Below, piece after piece: positions 26,723 to 34,499 of a stretch of DNA of 59,578 nucleotides (positions are counted from its first letter, which is position 1; every line of letters begins with the position of its first letter). Made by a program: the position numbers and the translations under genes. The notes under the pieces were generated by a model. The model had not been told where the DNA came from and searched no databases. It saw only the letters and a list, made by a program, of their open reading frames with translations. The stretch comes from a virus. Lineage: Duplodnaviria; Caudoviricetes. Where the stretch lies: IMG/VR virus record IMGVR_UViG_3300006802_000106, positions 1-59,578 of that record; one strand, 5' to 3'.

Positions 26723-27374
26723 GATACGAGAGATTACCGTCTACCAGTTCGACGAGCTGTCGGACCGAGCGAAAGAGCGCGCCCGGGACTGGTACCGCGA
26801 AGCGTCGGTCAACGACGACTGGTGGGACAGCGTCTACGAGGACTTCACCACTATCGCGTGGCTGCTGGGCGTCGAGATCGACACTCGCGCCGTCAATCTG
26901 ATGAACGGCAAAACCCGTCAGGAGCCGGCGATCTATTTCGATCTCTATTGCCGGAGCGTCGAGTACAAGGGCACGTGGTCGTGGCCGGTCGACCCGGTGA
27001 CGGCGATCGCCGGGTACGCATCACAGGACGAGGAGCTGAAGCGGATCGCCGAGGAGATCGTCGTGGCCCGCGCCCGGTTCGTCATGCGCTACGGTCTCGA
27101 CGGTGCCAACCTGATCGCGGGCCGGATCGACGACGCCAAGTGCGAGATCGACACGGGGGACCTGCACGACCTTCTGAACGGTGACGACCCGGACGAGGAG
27201 GTCGAGGTCCCGGACAAGCTGGTCGACCCGCTCGCCGAGGCGATCACCGACCTCGGTCACTGGCTGCTCAAGCAGCTCGACGCCGAGTACGCGTACGTCT
27301 ACAGCGCTGAGTACATCGACGAGAACATTCGGATCAACGAGTACGAGTTCGACGAGGACGGCGAGCTGGCTTGA
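26715..27374 (+). CDS. acidic conserved phage/plasmid protein (TVYQFDELSDRAKERARDWY family)
   Basis: AAGGAG RBS; recognisable N-terminal motif and INEYEFDEDG C-terminus. Confidence 0.75.
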   Translation: MPEIREITVYQFDELSDRAKERARDWYREASVNDDWWDSVYEDFTTIAWLLGVEIDTRAVNLMNGKTRQEPAIYFDLYCRSVEYKGTWSWPVDPVTAIAGYASQDEELKRIAEEIVVARARFVMRYGLDGANLIAGRIDDAKCEIDTGDLHDLLNGDDPDEEVEVPDKLVDPLAEAITDLGHWLLKQLDAEYAYVYSAEYIDENIRINEYEFDEDGELA

Positions 27375-27382
27375 GGATCAAC

Positions 27383-27401
27383 CCTGTTACGGAGTGACGA
27401 A
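27383..27401. promoter_or_regulatory. degenerate early-region dyad
   Basis: CCTGTTAC-GGA-GTGACGAA immediately before ATG 27403. Confidence 0.45.
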
Positions 27402-27402
27402 A

Positions 27403-27795
27403 ATGGAACCGCATGACTTCAACGACGGCTCCGGGCTGGTCCCGGCGCATCGACACTCAAATGGCGGTGGGTGGGTGGCAGACACCGCTTTTGTCGAGGC
27501 AGGTGTCTTTGTTGGGCTAGACGCCCGGGTCTCCGGCAACGCTCAGGTCTTCGGCAACGCTCAGGTCTTCGGCGACGCTCGGGTCTTCGGTGTCATGCGA
27601 TCGGACGGCTACGCGTTTGTCGCCCTGCCGTGCTCTGACGGGCAGGCGCGCGTCATCGCCGGGTGCCGCTACTTCACGTTCCCGGAAGCACGAAAACACT
27701 GGAGGCATCGGGCCGGAACCGATCTGGGGGCCGAGACGGACCTGATCCTCGACTTCCTTGAGAAGTCGGTCGCGCTCAATGGGTACGGCGGATGA
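27403..27795 (+). CDS. hexapeptide-repeat (left-handed beta-helix) protein
   Basis: DARVSG NAQVFG NAQVFG DARVFG repeats; C-terminal IAGCRYFT..EA..HW. Confidence 0.75.
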   Translation: MEPHDFNDGSGLVPAHRHSNGGGWVADTAFVEAGVFVGLDARVSGNAQVFGNAQVFGDARVFGVMRSDGYAFVALPCSDGQARVIAGCRYFTFPEARKHWRHRAGTDLGAETDLILDFLEKSVALNGYGG

Positions 27796-28187
27796 TCGAC
27801 CCAATAATCAGAGCCCGGTTCGAGCACTTGCTGGAGGCGGGCGGCTTGGAGGGACTGTGTCTCGTCAACCTGCGCCGCCGTACGGACGGTCGGCTGGTGC
27901 CGGTCGTGTGCGCGCTGATGCCGGTCGCCGAGGATCAGGACGGCAACATCGAGCTGGTGCCGCTGGCCCAGATGATCGTCGGGGAGCCGAGGCTTCTCTA
28001 CGAGCCGCCGCCCGTGCGCTACATGCTGCAGCACTACGTCGGTCAGCGGTGGGAGCCGTTCGACACGTACGACACGTTCCAGCAGGCGAAAGAAGCCCTC
28101 AAGGCCGAGGGCGACGTCAACCGGGCGGTCGGCGCCGACGGCCTCATCTGGTGGCGGATCAGCCCCATGGTGGGGGACGAGGAGTGA
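27792..28187 (+). CDS. early hypothetical protein
   Basis: ATGA coupling; ORF track. Confidence 0.65.
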   Translation: MIDPIIRARFEHLLEAGGLEGLCLVNLRRRTDGRLVPVVCALMPVAEDQDGNIELVPLAQMIVGEPRLLYEPPPVRYMLQHYVGQRWEPFDTYDTFQQAKEALKAEGDVNRAVGADGLIWWRISPMVGDEE

Positions 28188-28199
28188 CTACTACCACGC

Positions 28200-28218
28200 T
28201 TTGTTACCCGGTAACAAA
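28200..28218. promoter_or_regulatory. early-region dyad, copy 7
   Basis: TTTGTTAC-CCG-GTAACAAA. Confidence 0.85.
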
Positions 28219-28269
28219 GTCTGAGGTATGATGCGTTGCTGGCGGACCGGCTGTAACTGGCTGGTACGC

Positions 28270-28298
28270 TTGACTTAGTCACCTGTATGAGGCAACAT
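28270..28298 (+). promoter_or_regulatory. early promoter, class A
   Basis: TTGACT-TAGTCACCTGTATGAGG-CAACAT. Confidence 0.7.
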
Positions 28299-28329
28299 AC
28301 ACTTACTGAAACCGAAGAAAGGAACTGAA

Positions 28330-28782
28330 ATGTCTGAGATTTTGAGTGTCGCAGTCAAGAACATCCTGTCCCTGTTCGACGAGCATGTATTCGAGTTCGG
28401 GCCGGACGATCAGGCCAAGGTCGAGCGCTGCCTGTCCGAGCTGCGCGCCGGCCTTGAGCCGGACAAGACCCTGAGCCACTACGTGGTGATCGGCTACAAC
28501 GGCTGGGTGAAGCGCGAGACGCTCTGGGAGGCGCTGACCGCCCACATCGTCGAGTACGGTCAGGGCAGCTTCTACGGCTATCGCGAAAAGGACGCCGTGA
28601 TCCACGTGCGCCGGACCAGCGCGGACGCCTTCATGGACGACTTCGGGACGCTTTACGCCCACGCCATGGAGAAGACGCCGGACATCACCGTCCCGGTGAA
28701 GGTCCACAAGGCGATCGTCGACGCCAAGGACGATCTGGACGAGGTGATCTGGGCGCACGAGGAGAGCACTGATGTCGAGTAA
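28330..28782 (+). CDS. early hypothetical protein
   Basis: GAAAGGA RBS. Confidence 0.75.
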   Translation: MSEILSVAVKNILSLFDEHVFEFGPDDQAKVERCLSELRAGLEPDKTLSHYVVIGYNGWVKRETLWEALTAHIVEYGQGSFYGYREKDAVIHVRRTSADAFMDDFGTLYAHAMEKTPDITVPVKVHKAIVDAKDDLDEVIWAHEESTDVE

Positions 28783-29092
28783 CCTGATAACTGACACCGT
28801 CGTGGCTTATGACGCGCAGTTTCGAGACGGTGGGTGGAACCACCACAAGACCTGCTCGTCCATGTTCGAGGCGGAACGCGAGATCAAGAAAGGTAAGGCC
28901 GACCTGAAACGGCACGGCATGGGCTCCACGTGGCGCATCGTGCCGGTCTACCACCCCGGCCGTCTGATCGACGCCCTGAAGGCGATCACCTTCGCGGCCG
29001 AGAGCGCTGCCAACCTGCGCGGGCTGACCGAGCTGTACCCTTACATCGAGCAGGCCAAGGCCGCGCTTGAAGCGTTCAAGGAGATCGAGTGA
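28772..29092 (+). CDS. early hypothetical protein
   Basis: GAGGAG RBS; overlaps upstream gene. Confidence 0.7.
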   Translation: MSSNLITDTVVAYDAQFRDGGWNHHKTCSSMFEAEREIKKGKADLKRHGMGSTWRIVPVYHPGRLIDALKAITFAAESAANLRGLTELYPYIEQAKAALEAFKEIE

Positions 29093-29367
29093 TGGCTGAC
29101 GATTTCCGCATGACCGTGACCCTCAGCACGCTGCGGGACGGCGACACCATCATCGGTCACCGGGTCGCGCTGAAGCTGCCCGGTCGGGCCATCTTGCCGA
29201 TGGACTTCGGCCCGAAGTCAGGCGCACTGGCGAACGCCTACGCCCACGGCATCGAGACGGGGTGGAACTACATGCGCGAACATTTGTCGATGAACCACCC
29301 GAAGACGGCGCTCCTTGAGGCGCGTGACTTCGACGCGGACGGCGCCGACCTGCGCGGTCAGGAATAG
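29089..29367 (+). CDS. early hypothetical protein
   Basis: AAGGAG RBS; coupled start. Confidence 0.7.
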   Translation: MMADDFRMTVTLSTLRDGDTIIGHRVALKLPGRAILPMDFGPKSGALANAYAHGIETGWNYMREHLSMNHPKTALLEARDFDADGADLRGQE

Positions 29368-29375
29368 CAACCAAC

Positions 29376-29394
29376 TTTGTGACCAAGTCACAAA
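29376..29394. promoter_or_regulatory. early-region dyad, copy 8
   Basis: TTTGTGAC-CAA-GTCACAAA followed by ACACGAAAGGA RBS. Confidence 0.85.
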
Positions 29395-29412
29395 ACACGA
29401 AAGGACTGAACC

Positions 29413-29661
29413 ATGACAAAAAAGGATTACGAGCTGATCGCCGCAGCGATCAAGGACAATCGGGAGTACGACCCGATGGAGTGCTACGCTGAGGCATTGG
29501 ACGACGTCGCGCGTAGCCTCGCGACCGCCTTGCAGCGCGACAACCCCCGGTTCGACCGGGACCGGTTCCTCAAGGCGTGCGGGGTGGACGCCGAGAACAT
29601 CCTCCACAATCTGGCGCAGGACCGGGAGAACATGCTCCGCTGGCAGGAGAAGTCGAAATGA
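29413..29661 (+). CDS. conserved small phage protein (MTKKDYELIA...DNPRFDRDRFLKAC)
   Basis: Recognisable motif; strong RBS. Confidence 0.8.
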   Translation: MTKKDYELIAAAIKDNREYDPMECYAEALDDVARSLATALQRDNPRFDRDRFLKACGVDAENILHNLAQDRENMLRWQEKSK

Positions 29662-29936
29662 CCCGCACGATCCTCAACCGCACCGAACGGTTCACCCTCC
29701 TGTCGTGGGGGCACGGCACCGCCTACGGTCTGTCACGTCTTGAGGCCGGCGTTCCGGTCGAGAGCGTATTCGTGCAGGGCGACGACGCCACCGTGTTCGA
29801 CATGGAGTTCCGGGCGATGGAGGCCCAGTTCCCCGAGCGGGACACCGACGACATTCTCGGCTGGCTCTGGTCGAGCTACAACGAACTGGCGACGCCTGTC
29901 ATCGTTACGGCGCGTCAGGTATGGGAGATCAACTGA
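29658..29936 (+). CDS. early hypothetical protein
   Basis: ATGA coupling at 29658. Confidence 0.7.
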   Translation: MTRTILNRTERFTLLSWGHGTAYGLSRLEAGVPVESVFVQGDDATVFDMEFRAMEAQFPERDTDDILGWLWSSYNELATPVIVTARQVWEIN

Positions 29937-30142
29937 TGTCTAGATATACGGTTCAAATCATCAAGCCGGTCAGTGACTATTTGCGCGGCTGGGTAAACGT
30001 CGAGGCTGCGAGCGAGGATGAGGCGTTGGACAAGGTACAGGACATGGACCTAGACGACGTTGAGTTCGAGTTCTGGTGCTGTGGTGACAGCGTCGAGGAG
30101 ATGTCCTTCGACGTCATACATAAGGACGAGACTGATGCCTGA
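29936..30142 (+). CDS. small acidic early protein
   Basis: TGATG coupling; VNVEAASEDEAL motif. Confidence 0.65.
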   Translation: MSRYTVQIIKPVSDYLRGWVNVEAASEDEALDKVQDMDLDDVEFEFWCCGDSVEEMSFDVIHKDETDA

Positions 30143-30623
30143 GTTCATTCTGGACCGGGGGACCCCGGAGAGCGCGGCGCTGTTTGCCGAACTCGACCCG
30201 TTCACCCAAGCCTACATCGAGGCGGCGTTCTGGACGGAGTGCGAGCCGGGGACATGTCACGGCGAGGACGGCAACGGCGAGCCGTGGAACCCGGACTACC
30301 ACTCATCGCTTCCCGGTGACGTGACGTTCGCCGACCTACACCCGGAGACGCTGGCGCAGATGGTCAAGGACTGCGACGAGTTCATGCACTCCGCCGCATG
30401 GCTGGATGCCTGCGCTTCGCTTGACAGTCTCGACCCGGACCTCGACGGCGGGACGGATAGCGCTCAGGGCGGTCACGACTTCTGGCTGACCCGCAACGGC
30501 CACGGAGCCGGGTTCTGGGATGGTGACTGGCCCGAGCCCTACGCAGCCCGACTTAACGAGACGGCCCACAGCTTCGGCGAGTTCGACCTATGGCTCGGCG
30601 ACGACGGGAAAATCTACAACTAA
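30135..30623 (+). CDS. conserved acidic phage protein (GHDFWLTRNGHGAGFWD motif)
   Basis: Recognisable motif; ATG 30135. Confidence 0.8.
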   Translation: MPEFILDRGTPESAALFAELDPFTQAYIEAAFWTECEPGTCHGEDGNGEPWNPDYHSSLPGDVTFADLHPETLAQMVKDCDEFMHSAAWLDACASLDSLDPDLDGGTDSAQGGHDFWLTRNGHGAGFWDGDWPEPYAARLNETAHSFGEFDLWLGDDGKIYN

Positions 30624-30706
30624 CTACTACCCAAAAGGACTGAACATGCAGAACGCAGCACTCGTCAAGACCCTCTCTCATGCCCAAGCGGTCAGGGGGC
30701 GCTGAC

Positions 30707-30934
30707 ATGCCCGCCAAGCGCAAGAGCTGGTACGTCGCCGTCAAGGTCGTGGCGGACGTGCCGATCACCGAGGCACAGGCCCGTCACATGCTCAAGTGGG
30801 ACACCAGCCTGACCTACGAGGAGCACTGGCCGGACCATCGCAACCCGGCCGGATGCACCCGGTTCAAGACCCCGGTCGTGGCGTCGCTGAAAGCTGGCGC
30901 CAAGGCCAACGCCAAACCACCCCTGATCCGATAA
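30707..30934 (+). CDS. small basic hypothetical protein
   Basis: AGGGGG RBS; ATG 30707. Confidence 0.55.
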   Translation: MPAKRKSWYVAVKVVADVPITEAQARHMLKWDTSLTYEEHWPDHRNPAGCTRFKTPVVASLKAGAKANAKPPLIR

Positions 30935-30944
30935 GGAGACAAAC

Positions 30945-31457
30945 ATGAGACTGACCAACGACATTCGCCGGACCATCCGCCGTGCGGTCGAGGCGGACCT
31001 GCAGCTGACCAGCTCGCTGCGGGACCAGATGCTGGCCCGGACCATGGAGCTTGCCATCGAGCGGCTCCCTCGCTTGGTGCGGCAAGTCTGGAACGACCCG
31101 AAGCTGCGTGGCTACATCAACACCGAGATCGTATGGGGCGAGGACATCGAGGGTGTCTACTACCTGCCGGCACCGGGCGGCGATCCGGACCTGAGAGATG
31201 TCCTTCGGGAGGACGAGACGTACCAGAAGCTGCACTCGCAGTTCGAAGTGATCGAGAAGGTCGCATCCGACGCACTGGACGTTCTTGCCGCGACGCTACG
31301 CAGCGTCACCACGGTCGAGCAGCTGGCCGAGCGGTATCCGGACCTCGTCAAGTACCTGCCCACGCAGGAGCAGGCGGCAGCAAACCTGCCGGCGACGACC
31401 GACCTGATGGACAAGCTCCGCGCGGCGGGGCTGCGGACCGAGGAGACCAAGCCATGA
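30945..31457 (+). CDS. Nmad5-like (nucleotide-modification-associated domain 5) protein
   Basis: MRLTNDIRRTI... and ...SVTTVEQLAERYPDLVKYLP...NLPA pattern. Confidence 0.7.
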   Translation: MRLTNDIRRTIRRAVEADLQLTSSLRDQMLARTMELAIERLPRLVRQVWNDPKLRGYINTEIVWGEDIEGVYYLPAPGGDPDLRDVLREDETYQKLHSQFEVIEKVASDALDVLAATLRSVTTVEQLAERYPDLVKYLPTQEQAAANLPATTDLMDKLRAAGLRTEETKP

Positions 31458-31849
31458 ACCGGCTCAGCAAGGCCGAGCTAAAGCGGATCGTTGACCTCGC
31501 CACGCAGGCGGACGCTTTCCGGACGGAGATCGAGCAGAAGCTGGCGGACTTCCGGGCCGACAATTATCGGCTGATCGAGAAGCTCGACGAGGTTCGCGCC
31601 GAGTTCTACGGCGTCATGGAGGACCTCGCGAACGAGGCCGAGGCGTACTATGACGAGCGATCCGACCGCTGGCAGGCCAGCGATACCGGCGACGCGTATA
31701 ACAGCTGGATGTCCCGGCTGGAGGAAGTGCGCGACAAGGCGGACATGGAAATCACCTTCGCCGACTTCTCGCTGGACCCGGATGCAGACGTCACCGAGTT
31801 CGACTTCATCGCCGAGGGGCTTGACCCCGACTTCGCCGAGCCGGAGTGA
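31454..31849 (+). CDS. acidic helical hypothetical protein
   Basis: GAGGAG RBS; ATGA coupling. Confidence 0.75.
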   Translation: MNRLSKAELKRIVDLATQADAFRTEIEQKLADFRADNYRLIEKLDEVRAEFYGVMEDLANEAEAYYDERSDRWQASDTGDAYNSWMSRLEEVRDKADMEITFADFSLDPDADVTEFDFIAEGLDPDFAEPE

Positions 31850-31857
31850 TCCGGGCT

Positions 31858-31873
31858 TGTTCCACGTGAAACA
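31858..31873. promoter_or_regulatory. parS: parS-consensus palindrome
   Basis: TGTTCCACGTGAAACA matches TGTTNCACGTGAAACA; intergenic. Confidence 0.75.
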
Positions 31874-31888
31874 TACAGGTCTGAGACC

Positions 31889-31917
31889 TTGACATAGTGA
31901 CCTGTATGCAGTAACCT
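31889..31917 (+). promoter_or_regulatory. early promoter, class A
   Basis: TTGACA-TAGTGACCTGTATGCAG-TAACCT; -35 bracketed by the inverted repeat CATACAGGTC (31872)/GACCTGTATG (31899). Confidence 0.75.
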
Positions 31918-31942
31918 ATACACACTGAAGATTGGCACCACC

Positions 31943-31962
31943 TTTGTGACCGAGGTCACAAA
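31943..31962. promoter_or_regulatory. early-region dyad, copy 9 (4-nt spacer)
   Basis: TTTGTGAC-CGAG-GTCACAAA followed by ACACGAAAGGA. Confidence 0.85.
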
Positions 31963-31981
31963 ACACGAAAGGACCAACGAC

Positions 31982-33049
31982 ATGAGTACCGTCACCAGCG
32001 CGAATTTCGGCATGGACACGATCACCATGCGGGAGCTTCCTACCTACCTTTACTACGTCACCTACACCCGGCGTCGTCCGGTCATGCTCTGGGGCGTGAT
32101 GGGTGTCGGCAAGTCGGCCGCCGTCATCCAGTTCGCCAGCTGGATCAAGGGCGTCCTCGTCGACATCCGTCTCGGCCAGTACGAGAGCATCGACCTGCGC
32201 GGCCTGCCGGACGTCAACAAGGAGAACGGCACCACCACGTGGTACGTGCCTGCGACCCTGCCGTTCAAGGGTAACCCCCTGTTCGACGAGAAGGGTCCGC
32301 CGATCATCCTGTTCCTCGACGAGATCAACGCGGCGACGCGCGGTGTCGCGGGCGTGGCCTACCAGCTGATCCGTGACCGCCGGGTCGGTGAGCACGAGCT
32401 GATGGACAATGTCATCGTCATCGCGGCCGGCAACCGCGAGAGCGACCGGGGCGTGACCGAGCGTCAGCCCGCGCCGCTGTCCAACCGCTTCAACCACGTC
32501 GAGGTCGTGCCGGACGTCGCGTCGTTCCGGGACTACGTGATCGACAAGAGCTACCCGGTCGAGGTGACCGGCTTCCTGAGCTGGATGTCGGACATGCTCT
32601 GCACCTTCGACCCGGCCAAGAACGACAAGGCGTTCGCGACCCCGAGGTCGATCGAGGAGGCGCTGCTGGACCAGATGGCTCAGGGCGTGCCCGAGGAACT
32701 CCGTTGGCGCTCCATCGCGGGCTGGGTCGGCACCGGCTGGGCGACGGCGTACCGTGGCTACCTCGACGTCTACCAGACCATGAAGGCGATGATGCCAGCG
32801 ATCATGGCGGACCCGGACCGGGCGCCGCTGCCTGAGAAGCCGGACCAGAGCTACGCCATCGTCTCGTCGATCGGCGGGCAGCTGGACAAGTCCAACGCCA
32901 ACGTCTTCTGGCGTTACGTGAAGCGGATGCCGGTCGAGTTCGCCATCCTCACGTGGCAGCTGGCGCTGAAGCGTGACGGCGATCTGGACCAGACGCCGGA
33001 GTTCATCGAGTACGGCCGGTTGCACCGCGAAGTGCTGCAGGGGAGGTAA
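31982..33049 (+). CDS. MoxR-like AAA+ ATPase
   Basis: Walker A GVMGVGKS, DLRGLP, Walker B LFLDEIN, sensor AAGNR, LSNRF, TPRS. Confidence 0.9.
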   Translation: MSTVTSANFGMDTITMRELPTYLYYVTYTRRRPVMLWGVMGVGKSAAVIQFASWIKGVLVDIRLGQYESIDLRGLPDVNKENGTTTWYVPATLPFKGNPLFDEKGPPIILFLDEINAATRGVAGVAYQLIRDRRVGEHELMDNVIVIAAGNRESDRGVTERQPAPLSNRFNHVEVVPDVASFRDYVIDKSYPVEVTGFLSWMSDMLCTFDPAKNDKAFATPRSIEEALLDQMAQGVPEELRWRSIAGWVGTGWATAYRGYLDVYQTMKAMMPAIMADPDRAPLPEKPDQSYAIVSSIGGQLDKSNANVFWRYVKRMPVEFAILTWQLALKRDGDLDQTPEFIEYGRLHREVLQGR

Positions 33050-33052
33050 GCC

Positions 33053-34117
33053 ATGAACATCATGGAAAAAGCACGCGGCCGGGTGATGCTCCGGTACCCG
33101 TTCTTCGGCTTCATGCTGATCTCGGCGACCTTCATCGCCGACGACAAGATCGGCACGGCGGCGACGGATGGGGTGGTCATCCTCTATAGTCCGAAGTTCA
33201 TCGACACCCTGACCATGGACGTCGCGGCGTTCGTCATCGCCCACGAGCTGTGCCATATCATCTTTGACCACGTGGGGCGTCGCAAGGGGCGGGACCCCGC
33301 GCGGTGGAACGATGCCTGCGACTACGCGATCAACATCATGCTCAAGGACTACGGCTTCACGCTCTGGTCCGAGTGCCTGCTGAACGAGAAGTATCGCGGG
33401 TGGTCGCCGGAGCGCATCTACGACGATCTGGAGCGTCAGGGCGACAAGGCTCCCAAGAACCCCATGTCGGGGGACATGAAGCCGCGTCCGATGACCCCCG
33501 AGGAGCAGGATGCCGTGAGCCGCAAGGTGCGGTCGATGGTGGCCAAGGCGAACGTCATCGCCCGGGCCGCCGGGAAGCTGCCGGGATCGCTGGAGAAGGC
33601 GATCACCGACATCATCGACCCCAAGGTGCCGTGGGAGGAAATCCTGCGGGACAAGGCGACCCGTGTCGTCCACGAGGAGGAGAACTGGAACCGGCCCAAC
33701 CGCCGGATCAGGAACTTCAAGCTACCGTCCCTCGGCGGTCTGCGTATCGGCGAGTACATCGCCATCGGCGACACGTCCGGATCGTTCACGGCCGAGGACT
33801 ACAAGAAGGCGGCCGGCGCCATCCAAGCGGCCCGGGACGCCGTCAACCCCTCACGTATCAGGGTGATCTGGGGGGACACCAAGGTGCAGCGAGAGGAGGT
33901 GTTCGAGCAGGGCGACCCGCTGATCTTCCACCCCAAGGGTGGCGGCGGGACGGACATGCGGGTGATGCTGAAGCATGCCGAGCAGTTCGAGCCCGCGTTC
34001 GTCGTCCTGTTCACCGACGGCGGCACGCCGTGGCCGGAGGTCGAGCCGCCTTACCCGCTGGTCGTATGCTGTTCGACGGACCTGCCGGTACCGGTCGGGG
34101 AGGTGATCAGGGTTTGA
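33053..34117 (+). CDS. DUF2201-type metallopeptidase plus vWA domain protein
   Basis: TAATDG, HELCH (HExxH), WNDACDYAIN, MIDAS DTSGS, GGGGTD, FTDG. Confidence 0.88.
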   Translation: MNIMEKARGRVMLRYPFFGFMLISATFIADDKIGTAATDGVVILYSPKFIDTLTMDVAAFVIAHELCHIIFDHVGRRKGRDPARWNDACDYAINIMLKDYGFTLWSECLLNEKYRGWSPERIYDDLERQGDKAPKNPMSGDMKPRPMTPEEQDAVSRKVRSMVAKANVIARAAGKLPGSLEKAITDIIDPKVPWEEILRDKATRVVHEEENWNRPNRRIRNFKLPSLGGLRIGEYIAIGDTSGSFTAEDYKKAAGAIQAARDAVNPSRIRVIWGDTKVQREEVFEQGDPLIFHPKGGGGTDMRVMLKHAEQFEPAFVVLFTDGGTPWPEVEPPYPLVVCCSTDLPVPVGEVIRV

Positions 34118-34395
34118 CGACCAGACAGACCTACAAACTCTACGGATGGATCGGCCCTAGCGGCTGGGTTGCGTTCACAAAGCCGCAGACCGCGTTCTCC
34201 GCCGAGCATATCTACCGTTTGCGCCCGAACAACCAGCGATGGGCGGTCGTGCTGGAGGAAGCCTCTCTGACCATCATGTTGGTCGACCTCTACGAGCCGT
34301 CGCTGTCGCAGGAACCGATACCGCTGGAGTTCCCGGCCTATCGGGAATTTCCGACCTTGGACGCGGCGATCGCCGCTGGAGTAATGAGGCTCTGA
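34114..34395 (+). CDS. hypothetical protein
   Basis: GGAGG RBS and TTG overlapping the upstream stop. Confidence 0.55.
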   Translation: MTTRQTYKLYGWIGPSGWVAFTKPQTAFSAEHIYRLRPNNQRWAVVLEEASLTIMLVDLYEPSLSQEPIPLEFPAYREFPTLDAAIAAGVMRL

Positions 34396-34439
34396 CGATG
34401 GCGTTTTCGACACCGCCGTTGCTGCGGCGATCCATCGAC

Positions 34440-34468
34440 TTGACACATGAAGTTACCAACCATAACAT
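34440..34468 (+). promoter_or_regulatory. promoter, class B
   Basis: TTGACA-CATGAAGTTACCAACCA-TAACAT. Confidence 0.7.
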
Positions 34469-34499
34469 CTGACTACTCACACATGAAAGGAACTGAACC

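Noticed and set aside
22495-31962. Dyad repeats as a CRISPR array or integron attC cassettes
   Set aside because: Spacing is irregular (about 170 bp to 2.6 kb) with whole genes between copies; no cas genes or integron integrase; units are too short and lack attC R/L box structure
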